Shown: positions 25,326 through 38,375 of the stretch, in pieces | How the letters are laid out: each line of letters opens with the position of its first letter | Numbering within the stretch: position 1 is the stretch's first letter | DNA from: Octopus sinensis | Lineage: Eukaryota | Direction of reading: 5' to 3' | DNA: 64,000 nucleotides | NCBI RefSeq assembly: GCF_006345805.1 | Contig: NC_043012.1 | Coordinates: forward strand, 27,714,001 to 27,778,000 | The notes under the pieces: model-generated | Told to the model about the DNA's origin: nothing | What the model saw: only the letters and a program-made list of their open reading frames with translations | Database searches by the model: none | Position numbers and translations under genes: made by a program

Positions 25326-27105
25326 GTGTGTGTATCATCATCATTGTCATCATCATCGTTTAACATCTGCTTTCCATACTGACAACCTCTATGACCTTAT
25401 CCACCCATTCCTCTGCAAGGAGTATGCCAACACCCCCTACACCATCCATGTTACCTTGCCAGAAGACTTTATACCTATGTGCCTTGCCTGTGAGGACCCT
25501 AGCTGAAGCTCCTGTCCATCTTCTTGTAGAAGAGGGTTGTTGTGGTGTTCATTTTTTAGGGATGTTTCGTTGATCTCTCTTCTGACCTGACAACATTCAA
25601 GCATGTTAGATTGCTGCCCCTACCGGATGTAGGAGCCGGTGTTAGCAGCGTTGTAAGCATAAACGTTATGGTCATTGAATGAAGTAGATTTTAGCGGTGT
25701 AGCTGAAATAAGGATATTCCAATGTTAGGTTAGGGGCGTCAGCTAAAAGCTGATCGCATTTGTCCAAGTAGAGTGGGATTGCAGGTATAATGGAGGGTAT
25801 CACCATCGGGGAAGGGTTCAGAGAGAGAGAGAAAGAGAGAAAACAGGCGCAACCACACACAGGGACAAGCATGCATGGACAGCCGAATAGCTTTTACATT
25901 TACTTCCCAAGGCCAAGGAAATGGGTAGTTGTTGGCATATTTCTAGACAATGAAAATGGAATGAAATATAGTCGAATCTGGTTGCGCTTGTCACAGTAGA
26001 GAGATAGAGAGAAGGGGACAGGTAGAGAAAGAGAGATAGAGAGAGTGCAGGTAATATAGGGAACAGCACCAGTGAGGAGGGGGAGTTGGGAGAAACGATA
26101 ACTGGAAGGGGTGGTGACAAATTTCTAGACAGAAAGAAACGTAAGATAGCACCAGTGAGGAGGGGGAACTGGGAGAAGAAATAACTGGTAGGGTTAGTGA
26201 GAGATTTCTAAACAGAAAGAAACGTAAGGTAACTGGTTAAGTGGGTGGGTTGATGAGCAGCTGCACTGGCCGCATTCGTCCTAGGAGAGAGAGAAGTGCA
26301 GGTAATATATGGAGGATAGCCTGTTGAGTAGGAGTGGTTGCAAGAATAGACACAGGTAATGGTGGTGGGAGAAGGGATATCTGGTGTAGATGGTGGTATC
26401 CAGTATTGGTGGTGGGGGTAGAAAAGGGCGAGTGCACCACGAGCATCCAAGACAAAATATGGAACTAAGAATGAGAAGAATTAAGGAAGCGAAGTTCTTA
26501 TCAGGATAAGAATGAATGTAATGAGAAGAATTAAGGAAGCAAAGTTTTATGGGATTAAGAATGAATGTGAATTGAAAAACGAGGACTAAAATTAAAATTA
26601 TATTTGAGGGGACATTTTCAATGAAAAAACAAGCTGTTAGTGAATAATACATTGAGAGAAAAAAAATCTTAGCTTTTGGACATTGTTTGGCAGAGGAATG
26701 AATGTAAGGAACCACATGAAATTGAGGGGTTTTTAAATAGATAGCTGTGACCGGAAGCAAGTTTAGTAATGGGGACAGAAACGAAAATAGTAATAAGGTT
26801 GAACAGGCCTCAAATGAGCAAGACGAAATATGTAACTAAGAATGAGAAGAATTAAGGAAGCAATGTTTTATGGGGATAAGAATGAATGTGAATTGAAAAA
26901 CGAAGATAAACGAATAGAAACGAATAACTATCTTAATGAAATTATGAGATAGGACTAAAATTAAAATTATACTTGAAGGGACATTTTCAATGAAAAAACA
27001 AGCTGTTAGTGAATAATACATTTCAAGTATTAGTGGCGAATGAAGTGTAAGGAGACGGAAAGAAAAATGAGAGAAAAATCTTAGCTTTTGGACATCGTTT
27101 GGCAG
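25326..27105 (-). mobile_element. Internally deleted RTE derivative: 5' leader plus endonuclease start fused to 3' tail
   Basis: On the minus strand, a C-rich leader is followed by RVLTGKAHRYKVFWQGNMDGVGGVGILLAEEWVDKVIEVV, joined directly to atggaaagcagatgttaaac(gat)n. About 270-bp direct repeat at 26447-26705 and 26819-27105. Confidence 0.65.
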
Positions 27106-27130
27106 ATATATATATATATAATAATAATAT

Positions 27131-29026
27131 TAGGGAGTAAATCCAACTTTACAGGGAAAAATTAGATTTAGGATTAAATCTAATTTCACAGTATAAATAT
27201 ATATTAAATTAGAAATAAAACCACTATTAGGCAAATCAAACTGAAAAACATAAACCAAAACATAAAAATAAAAATAATTTACAAAATATATAAAATTTAA
27301 AATTTAAATTATTTAGATTTAAAATTATTAATTTATATTTATATATTTTTATTTATATTTTTTAAATATTTTTTTAAATAAAAAAAAATTTTTTTAAATA
27401 TTTTTTTATATATATATATTTTTACAATTATATATAACTATCAAAAAGTATAAAAAGTTTATTATAAGATAAGTAAAACCACTACGTACGTTTCATGGCC
27501 ATAACCTAATTTGAATTACAATAATTTAAATTCAATTATAAATTCGAATTATGGTTATAGTCAATCTTCAGATTAATGATAATAGTTAAATAAATAAGCA
27601 AATATATTTAAACAATATTATTTAAGAAATAAATAAAATAATAAAAAATCTATTATCAAACTAGAAACTTTAATGATTATGATTATGTCATACAATCCAA
27701 TTATAATGTTAAATATTAATTTTTAAGGTAAAGATAGTTAGAAAATGTATTTATCTATTCAGATATAAAATGGCTTTAAAAAAACATAATAAACTCACGA
27801 ATAATCTAATCTCAGTTATAGTCAATATCTAATTACCTAATTATTTAACAAAAAATTAATCAAAAAATTAAACACTTCATATTATTAAATTTAAGTCCAA
27901 ATCTAATATTATAAAATATTTGAATAATAACTAAATTATTATCAATAAATATATATAAATATATTTAAGATCTAAAATTATCTCTATCAATAAATATATA
28001 CATATTAAAAAAACTAAATAAATTAATTATTCATTATTACTTATGAAATATATTAAATAATTAAAAGATAAAAAAAAATTAAAGATGAAAAAGCAAATTG
28101 TAAACGTATAAACTATCTTAAAAGAACCCTATAACTATTTAACGATCAATATATCTCGTTGGCTAATTAATAACTTACAAAAACCGTATAGTTATGATCT
28201 AATAATGAAATACATATGTTCAACAACTAAATACTTATACAATCAAAATTATGAGATATATTAAAAAAAATTAAAGATTAAAATCAAATTAAAACCAGAA
28301 ACCTAACTTTAAAAAATCGTATAACTATTAACGATCTATATGTCTCTTTGGCTAAATAAAATCTTACAAATAAATGTAGAGTTAAAATCTAATAATTATA
28401 TACATAACTTCAACAGCTAAATCATTACATAACAATCAGTATTTATATAGTATACAAAATAATACAATAAGACTTATTAAAATATTTTAAATTTTAAAAT
28501 TTTAAAAAGAAATAGATTACTTAGCTTTCCAAGGCTTTGTGTTGAACTAAAATTTTAAAACGAAAAACGTCTTTAAAGCTTTTATAAGAATACTCATGGA
28601 ATTACGTTATTAACAAAAATACAATAAATAGATGAAGAATTCTTTTAACAATGAAAAACTACTAATATATTTTATCAATGAAAATAGTGAATAGAAATTG
28701 TCAATGGAAACAGTTATAGTTTATCAATAAATGTAAATAGAATGAAGTCACAATTAAAGAATAGAACCACTATACTATAAGATTTATTATTAAAGTAACT
28801 ACAATAAATTATACTTAATACTCAATAAATTAAATAATTACTATAACTACCAATTACTGTGTATACTCTAAAAATCTTATAAGATTTAATTAATTTATAT
28901 AAAATTATAGCAACACCTCGACGTATGAGTAAATTCGTTCCCAGAGTATGCTTTTATCTTTAAGCGAAAACTCGTGAATAGAACTCGGTGTCTCGTAAAG
29001 CACGTCCTCATAATGTGAGGTATTAC

Positions 29027-29032
<6 letters not shown>
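27131..29032 (-). mobile_element. Candidate Penelope-like element (PLE), interior extremely AT-rich and G-depleted on + strand
   Basis: Carries a hammerhead remnant (see next feature). Its terminal sequence (aaaaccactattaggcaaatcaa; cactacgtacgtttcatggcc) matches the element at 29863-30020 in reverse. It lies between TA microsatellites. No ORF is readable, so the PLE call rests on the ribozyme context. Confidence 0.5.
27478..27577 (-). ncRNA. Decayed type I hammerhead ribozyme motif
   Basis: Minus strand: CTGAAGA (27571-65), TTGACTATAACC...GGTTATGGCCAT, GAAAC GTAC GTA, GTGGTTTT. The stem I and II 5' arms pair only if C>T and G>A changes are reversed. Confidence 0.5.
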
Positions 29033-29065
<33 letters not shown>

Positions 29066-29185
29066 CATATAATATATATAAGTATATATATAATATTATA
29101 TATATATATATATATATATAACATATAATATATATAAGTGTATATATATTATATATAATATATTATATATATATATATATATATA

Positions 29186-29615
29186 TCATCATCATCATCA
29201 TCATCGTTAACGTCCGTTCTCCATGCTAGCATGGGTTGGACGGTTCGACCGGGGATCGGGAAGCCAGAAGGCTGCCCCAGGCTCCGGTCTTATCTGGCAA
29301 TGTTTCTACAGCTAGATGCCCTTCCTAACGCCAACCACTCCGTGAGTGTAGTGGGTCTTTTTACGTGCCACCTGCACTGGAGCCAGGCGAGGCTGGCATC
29401 GGCCACGGTCGGATTGGGGCATTTTACGTGCCACCTTCACGGAAGCCAGTCGAGGCGGCCTGCTTCGGCCACGATTCGGATGATGCTTTTTACGTGCCGC
29501 CGACACGGAAGCCAGTGGCACGTAAAAAGCACCATCCGAATCGTGGCCAAGCCAGTGCCGCCTCGACTGGCTTCCGTGCAGGTGGCACGTAAAATGCACT
29601 GATCCGACCGTGGAT
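29186..29615 (-). mobile_element. RTE 3' end with inverted 5' segment
   Basis: (CAT)n tail and terminus in minus orientation up to about 29500. The segment 29517-29613 holds the same repeat units in + orientation. Confidence 0.85.
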
Positions 29616-29648
<33 letters not shown>

Positions 29649-29762
29649 TATATAATATACAACATAATAATATATATAAGTATATATATATTACATGTGT
29701 ACATACGTATATACATACCTACATTCATTCATCCATAGAAACATGTTAAGCAAACGTTTCGT

Positions 29763-29862
29763 NNNNNNNNNNNNNNNNNNNNNNNNNNNNNNNNNNNNNN
29801 NNNNNNNNNNNNNNNNNNNNNNNNNNNNNNNNNNNNNNNNNNNNNNNNNNNNNNNNNNNNNN
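29763..29862. other. Assembly gap (100 N, size unknown)
   Basis: Exactly 100 consecutive N, typical of a scaffolding gap. Confidence 0.99.
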
Positions 29863-30020
29863 ATTTAAAGAAATTAACGGCCATGAAACGATCGTAGTGT
29901 TATATTATGTTTTTTAATAATTTGTTATATATTTAAAAATATAAATTAAATAATCTTATGTATTGGCTTAAGTTTTTCATTGATTGATTTGCCTAATAGT
30001 GGTTTTAATTTAATATAATA
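29863..30020 (+). mobile_element. 3' end of PLE-like element with half hammerhead
   Basis: GGCCAT GAAAC GATC GTA GTG at 29879-29899. The remainder is homologous to 27205-27500 in reverse. Truncated by the gap. Confidence 0.55.
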
Positions 30021-32454
<2,434 letters not shown>

Positions 32455-32466
<12 letters not shown>

Positions 32467-32887
32467 CTGAGAATGTGTCTGTCTGTCTGTGTGAATCCCT
32501 AAAACTTGAGAACTACATAACCAATTTCATTCAAATTTTACACATGCCTTACTTAGGGTCCATGTAGTGTCATTTTTTAACTTTTTAACTTTTTGCCTAG
32601 GGCAAGCCCAGAGCAATATCATATTTTCTCCACGATTTCAGTATTACGTGTCAAAAGTGAAAGAAAAAACATCTCCCTATTGTAATGTCAGATACTTTCA
32701 CTTTAATACTGAAACTGTTAAAGTTAAACTATTATATAACAGGGATGAACCATTAACAGTGGACATCCATTTTGCTAGAAGATCTGGTATGGTCTTAGAT
32801 ACTACACCACTGGTTTTCAATTCATATTAATCAAATTAATATTCAGGTTTTCACCCTTATTTTAAATTTAAATTTATATGTGTATAT
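32455..32887 (+). mobile_element. Non-autonomous Helitron-like element, 5' part
   Basis: atatatgaaactgagaatgtgtctgtctgtctg... resembles the 5' end of the Helitron at 50681 (tctttatatataaaactg). Confidence 0.45.
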
Positions 32888-35800
32888 GATTGATTGATTG
32901 ATTGATTCTAGTTTCAGCTTATGAGCTGTGGCCATGCTGGGGCACCGCCATTTGGTGTAGCTACTTGGTTTTACTTCACGAAAGCTTTTTAGCAACTGCC
33001 ATTTGGTGCATGAGAGAGTTCGATGCAGCTGCCCTCATCTGCACCTCCTGCCGTGAAGTTGGTTCATCTGGGACACCTGACAGGAAGAGATCCAGTTTCA
33101 TTTTAAAGACATCTGCATCCACCCCATGCAGGTCTCTCAGGTTCTTCGGGAGGATATTGAAGAGCTGTGGGCCTCTGAAGCCCAGGCTATCACAGAATCT
33201 TGTCCTACATCTTGATGGCAAGTTTGGAGTCCTAGGCACCACGCAGTGGCGCCCAGTTCTGGCATTTGCGTAACTCTCGATGCCAAAGTTTAGGACACGT
33301 CCCTCCAGGATCTTCCAGATGTATATTATGGCATATCTTTCCCGCCTACGCTCCAGGGAATATAGTTTTAATCTCTTGAGTCTTTCCCAGTAGCTTACAT
33401 TCTGCGTAGAGGCTATCTTCTTCGTGTAGCTACGTTGGATCGCCTCGAGCTCTGTGATCAACTTGACACTGGATGGTGACCATAACTGAGAGCAGTAGTC
33501 AAAGTGGCTCAGGACAAGTGTCCTCCAGAGGACCATCATGGTTTCTTGTTCTCTTGTTCTAAAGGTTCTGAGGATCCATCCGGCCAGTCGTCTACATTTC
33601 ATTGCCAATTTAGCAACATGTACACGAAAGGTCGCGTCATCACTCATGTAAATACCTAGGTCACGCACTGATTGTGCCTCTGGGATTGCTATTCCTCCGG
33701 GTCCAGTGTATTCATTGGGTATTGCATTTAGTTTTGCATGCTGATAGTATAGAGCTTGAAACTTTTCAGCATTGAACTGCATGCTATTCTTTTCAGCCCA
33801 CTTGTATATTTTGTCCAGCTCACATTGCAGGTGTTTAGTGTCCTCAGGGTTCTGTATTGCCTGTGAAACTTTTGTATCATCTGCATAACTTGTGATCGTG
33901 GCTCTCTGCGTGGCTGAGGGCATGTCTGAGAGGGCCATTATGAACAGTAGTGGTCCCAGAACAGTGCCCTGCGGAACACCGCTCACTATTTGCGTGTTAA
34001 TGGAAGTGGCCCCATTGGCTACTACCACCTGACTTCTATCTTTCAGAAAGTCATGAAGCCATTCTCCCAGTTTTCCAACTATGTTGAGATCACGCAGTTT
34101 GTGACATATCATTCCATGATCGACTTTATCAAAGGCCTTTGCAAAGTCGAGATATATGACTTCCACATTTGAGTGGTTGAGCAGCCGTTTCAGCACCCAG
34201 TCATAGTGTTGTAGGAGCTGAGTTAAACAGCTTTTCCCTGGTCGGAAACCATGTTGGGTGTTGGGCAGCAAGTCATTCTCTTCAAGGAAAGTGATCAGCT
34301 TCCTTCTGACTATTCGTTCCATGAACTTGCTGATGTGTGAGGTCAGAGAGATAGGTCTGTAGTTCTTGGCTTCCGCTCTGCTACCTCCTTTATGAATGGG
34401 GCATATTTTACCTTCCTTCAGTTTTCTTGGAAGTTTGCCAGCTGCAAGGAAGCTCTGAAAGAGGAACTGCAGTGGTCTTGCTAGGACTCTCTTACATGCT
34501 TTTAGGAGGATTGCCGGGAATCCATCGGGGCCAGTAGCTGAGTCTGTTTTCATTTCATCTATAGCCTTGATTACATCGTCTTCCTTTATATCGATGTAAT
34601 CTATCGTCGCCGCCTCTGATTTTATATCTGCAGTGGTAAAAAAGTCAGTTGGATTGGTGATTTGGAGATGCCCATGGGGTGGAGTGAAAACACTCTTGAA
34701 TTGCTCATTCAGTATTTCACTTACCCTCATTGGTTTTCCTGTAAGTGTGCCATCCTTTTCGAGGAGTGGCCCTATTCTACAGTGCACCGTAGCTGTTTCT
34801 TTGGCATACCTGTAGAAAGCTCTGGGGTTAGATTTTATGTTGTCTATAGCCCAGGCTTCTTTGTCTGTTCTTTCTTTTTCATGGGAGAGTTGCAGACATT
34901 TTTCGATTTCCAACAGTTTTATTTTTAGGCGGGACTTTTCACTGCTTTCAATCTGTTTGCTTAGGCGATTTGAAAATTTTGTACGCCGTCTCATTAAAAT
35001 TTTCCTCTCTCTGGGGATTTTGTTCTTGTGTACAGTGGCCTTTCTCTCTGGGACACATTTGTAGCATATGGCTTGCATTATAGACATGAATTGTTGAAGT
35101 TTCACGTCGATGTCTGGCGAGGAGAGACATTTAAGCCAGTTTTGTTTGAGGATCTCTTTCTCAATTTGTTTCCAGTTTGCCTTATGGTAGTTCAAGCTGG
35201 AAAGATTCTGAGGGTTTCTTGTAGGCTGCATGTCCGTGCTCTCTTTTGGCCCGTACTCTTTTGGTCAGCTCTATCATGTTGTGATCCGAGAGTAGTGTCG
35301 GTGTCACTTTCACATTATGGATGAGATCCATGTCATTTGTGAAGCAGAGATCCAGTGTGTTACCTGCCCTGGTTGGTTGGAGTATTACCTGCTCCATGTA
35401 CAGGGTGTTGATGAGGTTCAGGAGGGACCTCGCCTGTCCTCGTTCACATCTTGTCATTCCTGGGAGAGAAAGGCCCTCGGGCCATCTGACACTGGGCAGA
35501 TTGAAGTCTCCCATAAGAAGTACACTTATGTGTTGTTCTAATGTGGTTAGAACTTCTTCTATTTTTATAAGGCAGTCTTCAAACTTGCCCACATGGCTTG
35601 GGGCATCTGGAGGGCGATATGTAGCACACACAACTACATCAAGTTGCCTAATATGTACAATTAGTGTGTCACACACCGAGTTTGAGTATGACAAGAGGAC
35701 CTGGGGTGTGAGGTCCTCACGGATGTACATAGCAACACCTCCATGACTCCTTTCTTTTCTGTTGGTCCGTAGTACAGCATACTGTGGTATGTGTAACTCC

Positions 35801-36121
35801 GCATCTGCTATGTCCGGTTTCAGGTGCGTTTCCGTAAGTGCTATGCATAAGGCTTGATTGCATGCAACAAAGTCTCTCAGGAACGGGATTTTTGTCCTGT
35901 TACTGAGTGTTTGCAGCCCTCTGATGTTCAGTAGGAGCATCGAGGTGAGGTGTACGTTGTTGCTGGCGGTGTCCATCCTGGGTCTGTTTGCTGTGGTGGT
36001 CTTGTATATAGTGGGTAGTCCCACCTGCGGGCTTGGGTTTGATGAAGCCAGGTCAGCTGCTGTACAATCTTTTGTGCCATGCACAAAAAAGATTGTTGCT
36101 CAGCAGCTGCCCTTTCGACAA

Positions 36122-36127
<6 letters not shown>
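32888..36127 (-). mobile_element. CR1-clade LINE, ORF2 complete, 5'-truncated just upstream of ORF2
   Basis: 3' (AATC)5 tail at 32888-32907, 3' stem-loop CAGCT-CATA-AGCTG, and APE plus RT ORFs. Confidence 0.92.
32976..36084 (-). CDS. LINE ORF2 (APE endonuclease plus reverse transcriptase), about 1030 aa, one frameshift at about 35259-62
   Basis: ORF 35182-36084 (LLNIRGL, LTETHL, YRPP, MGDFN, LDL, SDHN) and ORF 32976-35231 ([43 protein letters not shown]). They join by one indel in an A4 run. Confidence 0.9.
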
Positions 36128-36152
<25 letters not shown>

Positions 36153-36184
36153 GATGTATACATATAGATGTATATGGATGTGTG

Positions 36185-36239
<55 letters not shown>

Positions 36240-36311
36240 TGTATACATATAGATGTATATGGATGTGTATATATATATATATATATAGATGTATACATAT
36301 AGATGTATATG

Positions 36312-36349
<38 letters not shown>

Positions 36350-36372
36350 TGTATACATATAGATGTATATGG

Positions 36373-36408
<36 letters not shown>

Positions 36409-36410
<2 letters not shown>

Positions 36411-36709
36411 ATCAAAATAAAAATAAAAATAAAAACATGAGGCGAAGGATTCAGCGGTACATATGTTTCGGGCCTTTATTAGACAGATTCATAACAAATC
36501 ATAATGTATGTCTGTGGCCTTCTTCAGCCGCGCACAACAGCTTCCACAAGGACATGTGTTACTTCCGAAATTCTTGGTTGGGGATGCAAATCTTCTCGTT
36601 CCCGTACGACATAATGCGGCACATACGTTCCCACACACATCCTCCAACATCCCACACCTAGACCTAGAGACGTGGGCACACACGTGCACGCATGCAGTGA
36701 GGGGCGCGC

Positions 36710-36710
<1 letters not shown>
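36409..36710 (-). mobile_element. 302-bp CpG-rich ribozyme-bearing insert (PLE pseudo-LTR or retrozyme-like)
   Basis: Non-repetitive, roughly 50% GC island inside a TA array. Contains the hammerhead and a T-rich 3' end on the minus strand. Confidence 0.55.
36454..36531 (-). ncRNA. Type I hammerhead ribozyme, minimal PLE-type, intact core
   Basis: Minus strand 5'-GCGG CTGAAGA AGGCC [41 nt] GGCCC GAAAC ATAT GTA CCGC-3'. Stem I is GCGG/CCGC, the core is CUGANGA and GAAA, stem II is GGCC/GGCC, and a 2-bp stem III has a palindromic AUAU loop and a GUA cleavage triplet. Confidence 0.75.
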
Positions 36711-36742
<32 letters not shown>

Positions 36743-36765
36743 TGTATACATATAGATGTATATGG

Positions 36766-36805
<40 letters not shown>

Positions 36806-37165
36806 ATGTGTGTGTGTATATATATATATATATGTATAGCTGTTTATGTATACATGTTTATGTATACATGTATATGTATAGCTGTTTATGTATACATGTA
36901 TATGTATAGCTGTTTATGTATAGCTGTATATGTATACATGTATGTGTAGATGTATATATATATAGATGTACATGTAATATTTACACATATATACATGCAT
37001 ACATATATATACTGGCCTGCTCGCTTAGCCAGTGGGGTGGCGTCATTCGAAGGCTAAAACAATGTGAACGCATTGTGACCAGCAATGTGTAACTACATCT
37101 GATGGACTGGTCGGTCACGTGATGACATATATATACACCCATACGCACACATACACACACATACA

Positions 37166-37500
37166 TAGGTGCAGGTGTGGCTGCGTGGTAACAAACCTGG
37201 TTCCAAAACACATGGTCCTCAGTTCAGTCCCACTGTGTGGTAATTTGGCATGTGTCTTCTGCTATAGCCTCAAACCAATCAAAGCCTTGTCAGTGGATTT
37301 TATAGACAGAAACTGAAAGAAATCAATTGTTTATACATGTATGTATATATGTAAGTCTATGTGTGTCTTTGTGTTTCTCCCTCATCACTGCTTCACAACA
37401 GGTGTTCATTTATTTACATCCCCATAACTTACTAGTTTCACAAGAATAAACTAATAGAATAATTACCAGGCTTATCAATGTAAAAAAAAGTACTAGGCTG
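37166..37500 (+). mobile_element. tRNA-derived SINE (degenerate)
   Basis: aggtgcaggtgtggctgcgtggt...agttcagtcccactgtgtgg, the same head as the SINE at 22412. Confidence 0.7.
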
Positions 37501-37599
37501 TGTCTCATATTTTTGTTTGCCCACTAAGTTGTATCTATCAATTTATCTTTGTGTGTGTGTGTTGAGTAAAGTTAGTTGATTGCAAACCTCCTTTCAGTC

Positions 37600-38375
37600 T
37601 TTTTATTATCACTAGGTCACACATAGTCCCCAGATGGTAACATTGATTTCAAGGCCTTCCCAGATGAGTGACTGGTTATTCAAAGACGTTTATAGATTGC
37701 AAATTTTTCCTGTCCAGTTACGTATCAGTATAGTGGTCATTTGCAAACTCCAGAGGTGACACTTTCATTTCTCCTTAGCCCTCATGTCAACACAGTTGTT
37801 AATGTTTATTTCAGTTGGGTCCCACCCTTCCAATTGCTATAGATTCGTAATGCATCTTACGGCTCTGCGTGTCACCTGGATGGTGAGGAATCCTACATTG
37901 GGAGTGGTAACGACTAGGGTAGGGTAGCTGACTGCTTATTGCGATCATTCGTCTTTTGGTTTCCTGTAGCTTTGCTCTCTTTTACAAACCCAGTGAACAT
38001 ACATTTCCTATTTCAAAGAAATTCAAACAATAGATATAAGACCCAAGTTAAAAAGATTCTCAACAATTAAACTTCTCTGCTTGACACTAAGACACCCACT
38101 CCCAGCAGGGGCCTTAACTCTCACATTTTAGTGCCCCATGATTATCATTTTTCAAGAGGAAAATCTTTTTAACAGGTTCAGTAAGACTGGAATTTTGGAA
38201 TATGCTCATAAAAATCAGTAGTTTGGGATACATGTGGCACGATTACAATTATTTTTAGGGTGTGTAAAGAGGGAAATAACACTCATAGATATTCCAGTTC
38301 ATTACAGAAAATATAACAGAAAAGTCTAATTCTTCAATTGCATGTAACACGAGCAATGCCGGGTATCTCTGCAAG
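37600..38375 (+). mobile_element. Helitron-like element, 3' part
   Basis: Ends cacgagcaatgccggg-tatctctg-caag|t, a decayed version of the cccgagcaacgccggg...CTAG|T end at 50974. The left boundary is uncertain. Confidence 0.5.

Larger units (their letters stand above)
36128..36985. repeat. Compound (TA)n/minisatellite array (unit gatgtatacatatagatgtatatggatgtg), interrupted by 36409-36710
   Basis: Unit seen at about 36153, 36238, 36288, 36348 and 36741, separated by TA runs. Confidence 0.9.

Noticed and set aside
27300-28900. Mitochondrial control region or NUMT
   Set aside because: No mitochondrial tRNA, rRNA or protein motif is recognisable. The termini and ribozyme match a nuclear repeat also present at 29863-30020.
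28260-28900. Cryptic GIY-YIG or Penelope RT reading on the minus strand
   Set aside because: Only faint resemblances (WF.., FK.RF) appear after imagined T>C reversion. This is not supportable without the family consensus.
35858-36751. ORFs rich in YIYIYI
   Set aside because: Translations of (TA)n microsatellite. The same applies to the CVCV and HTHT ORFs at 29946-30209, 43777-43986 and 61352-61598.
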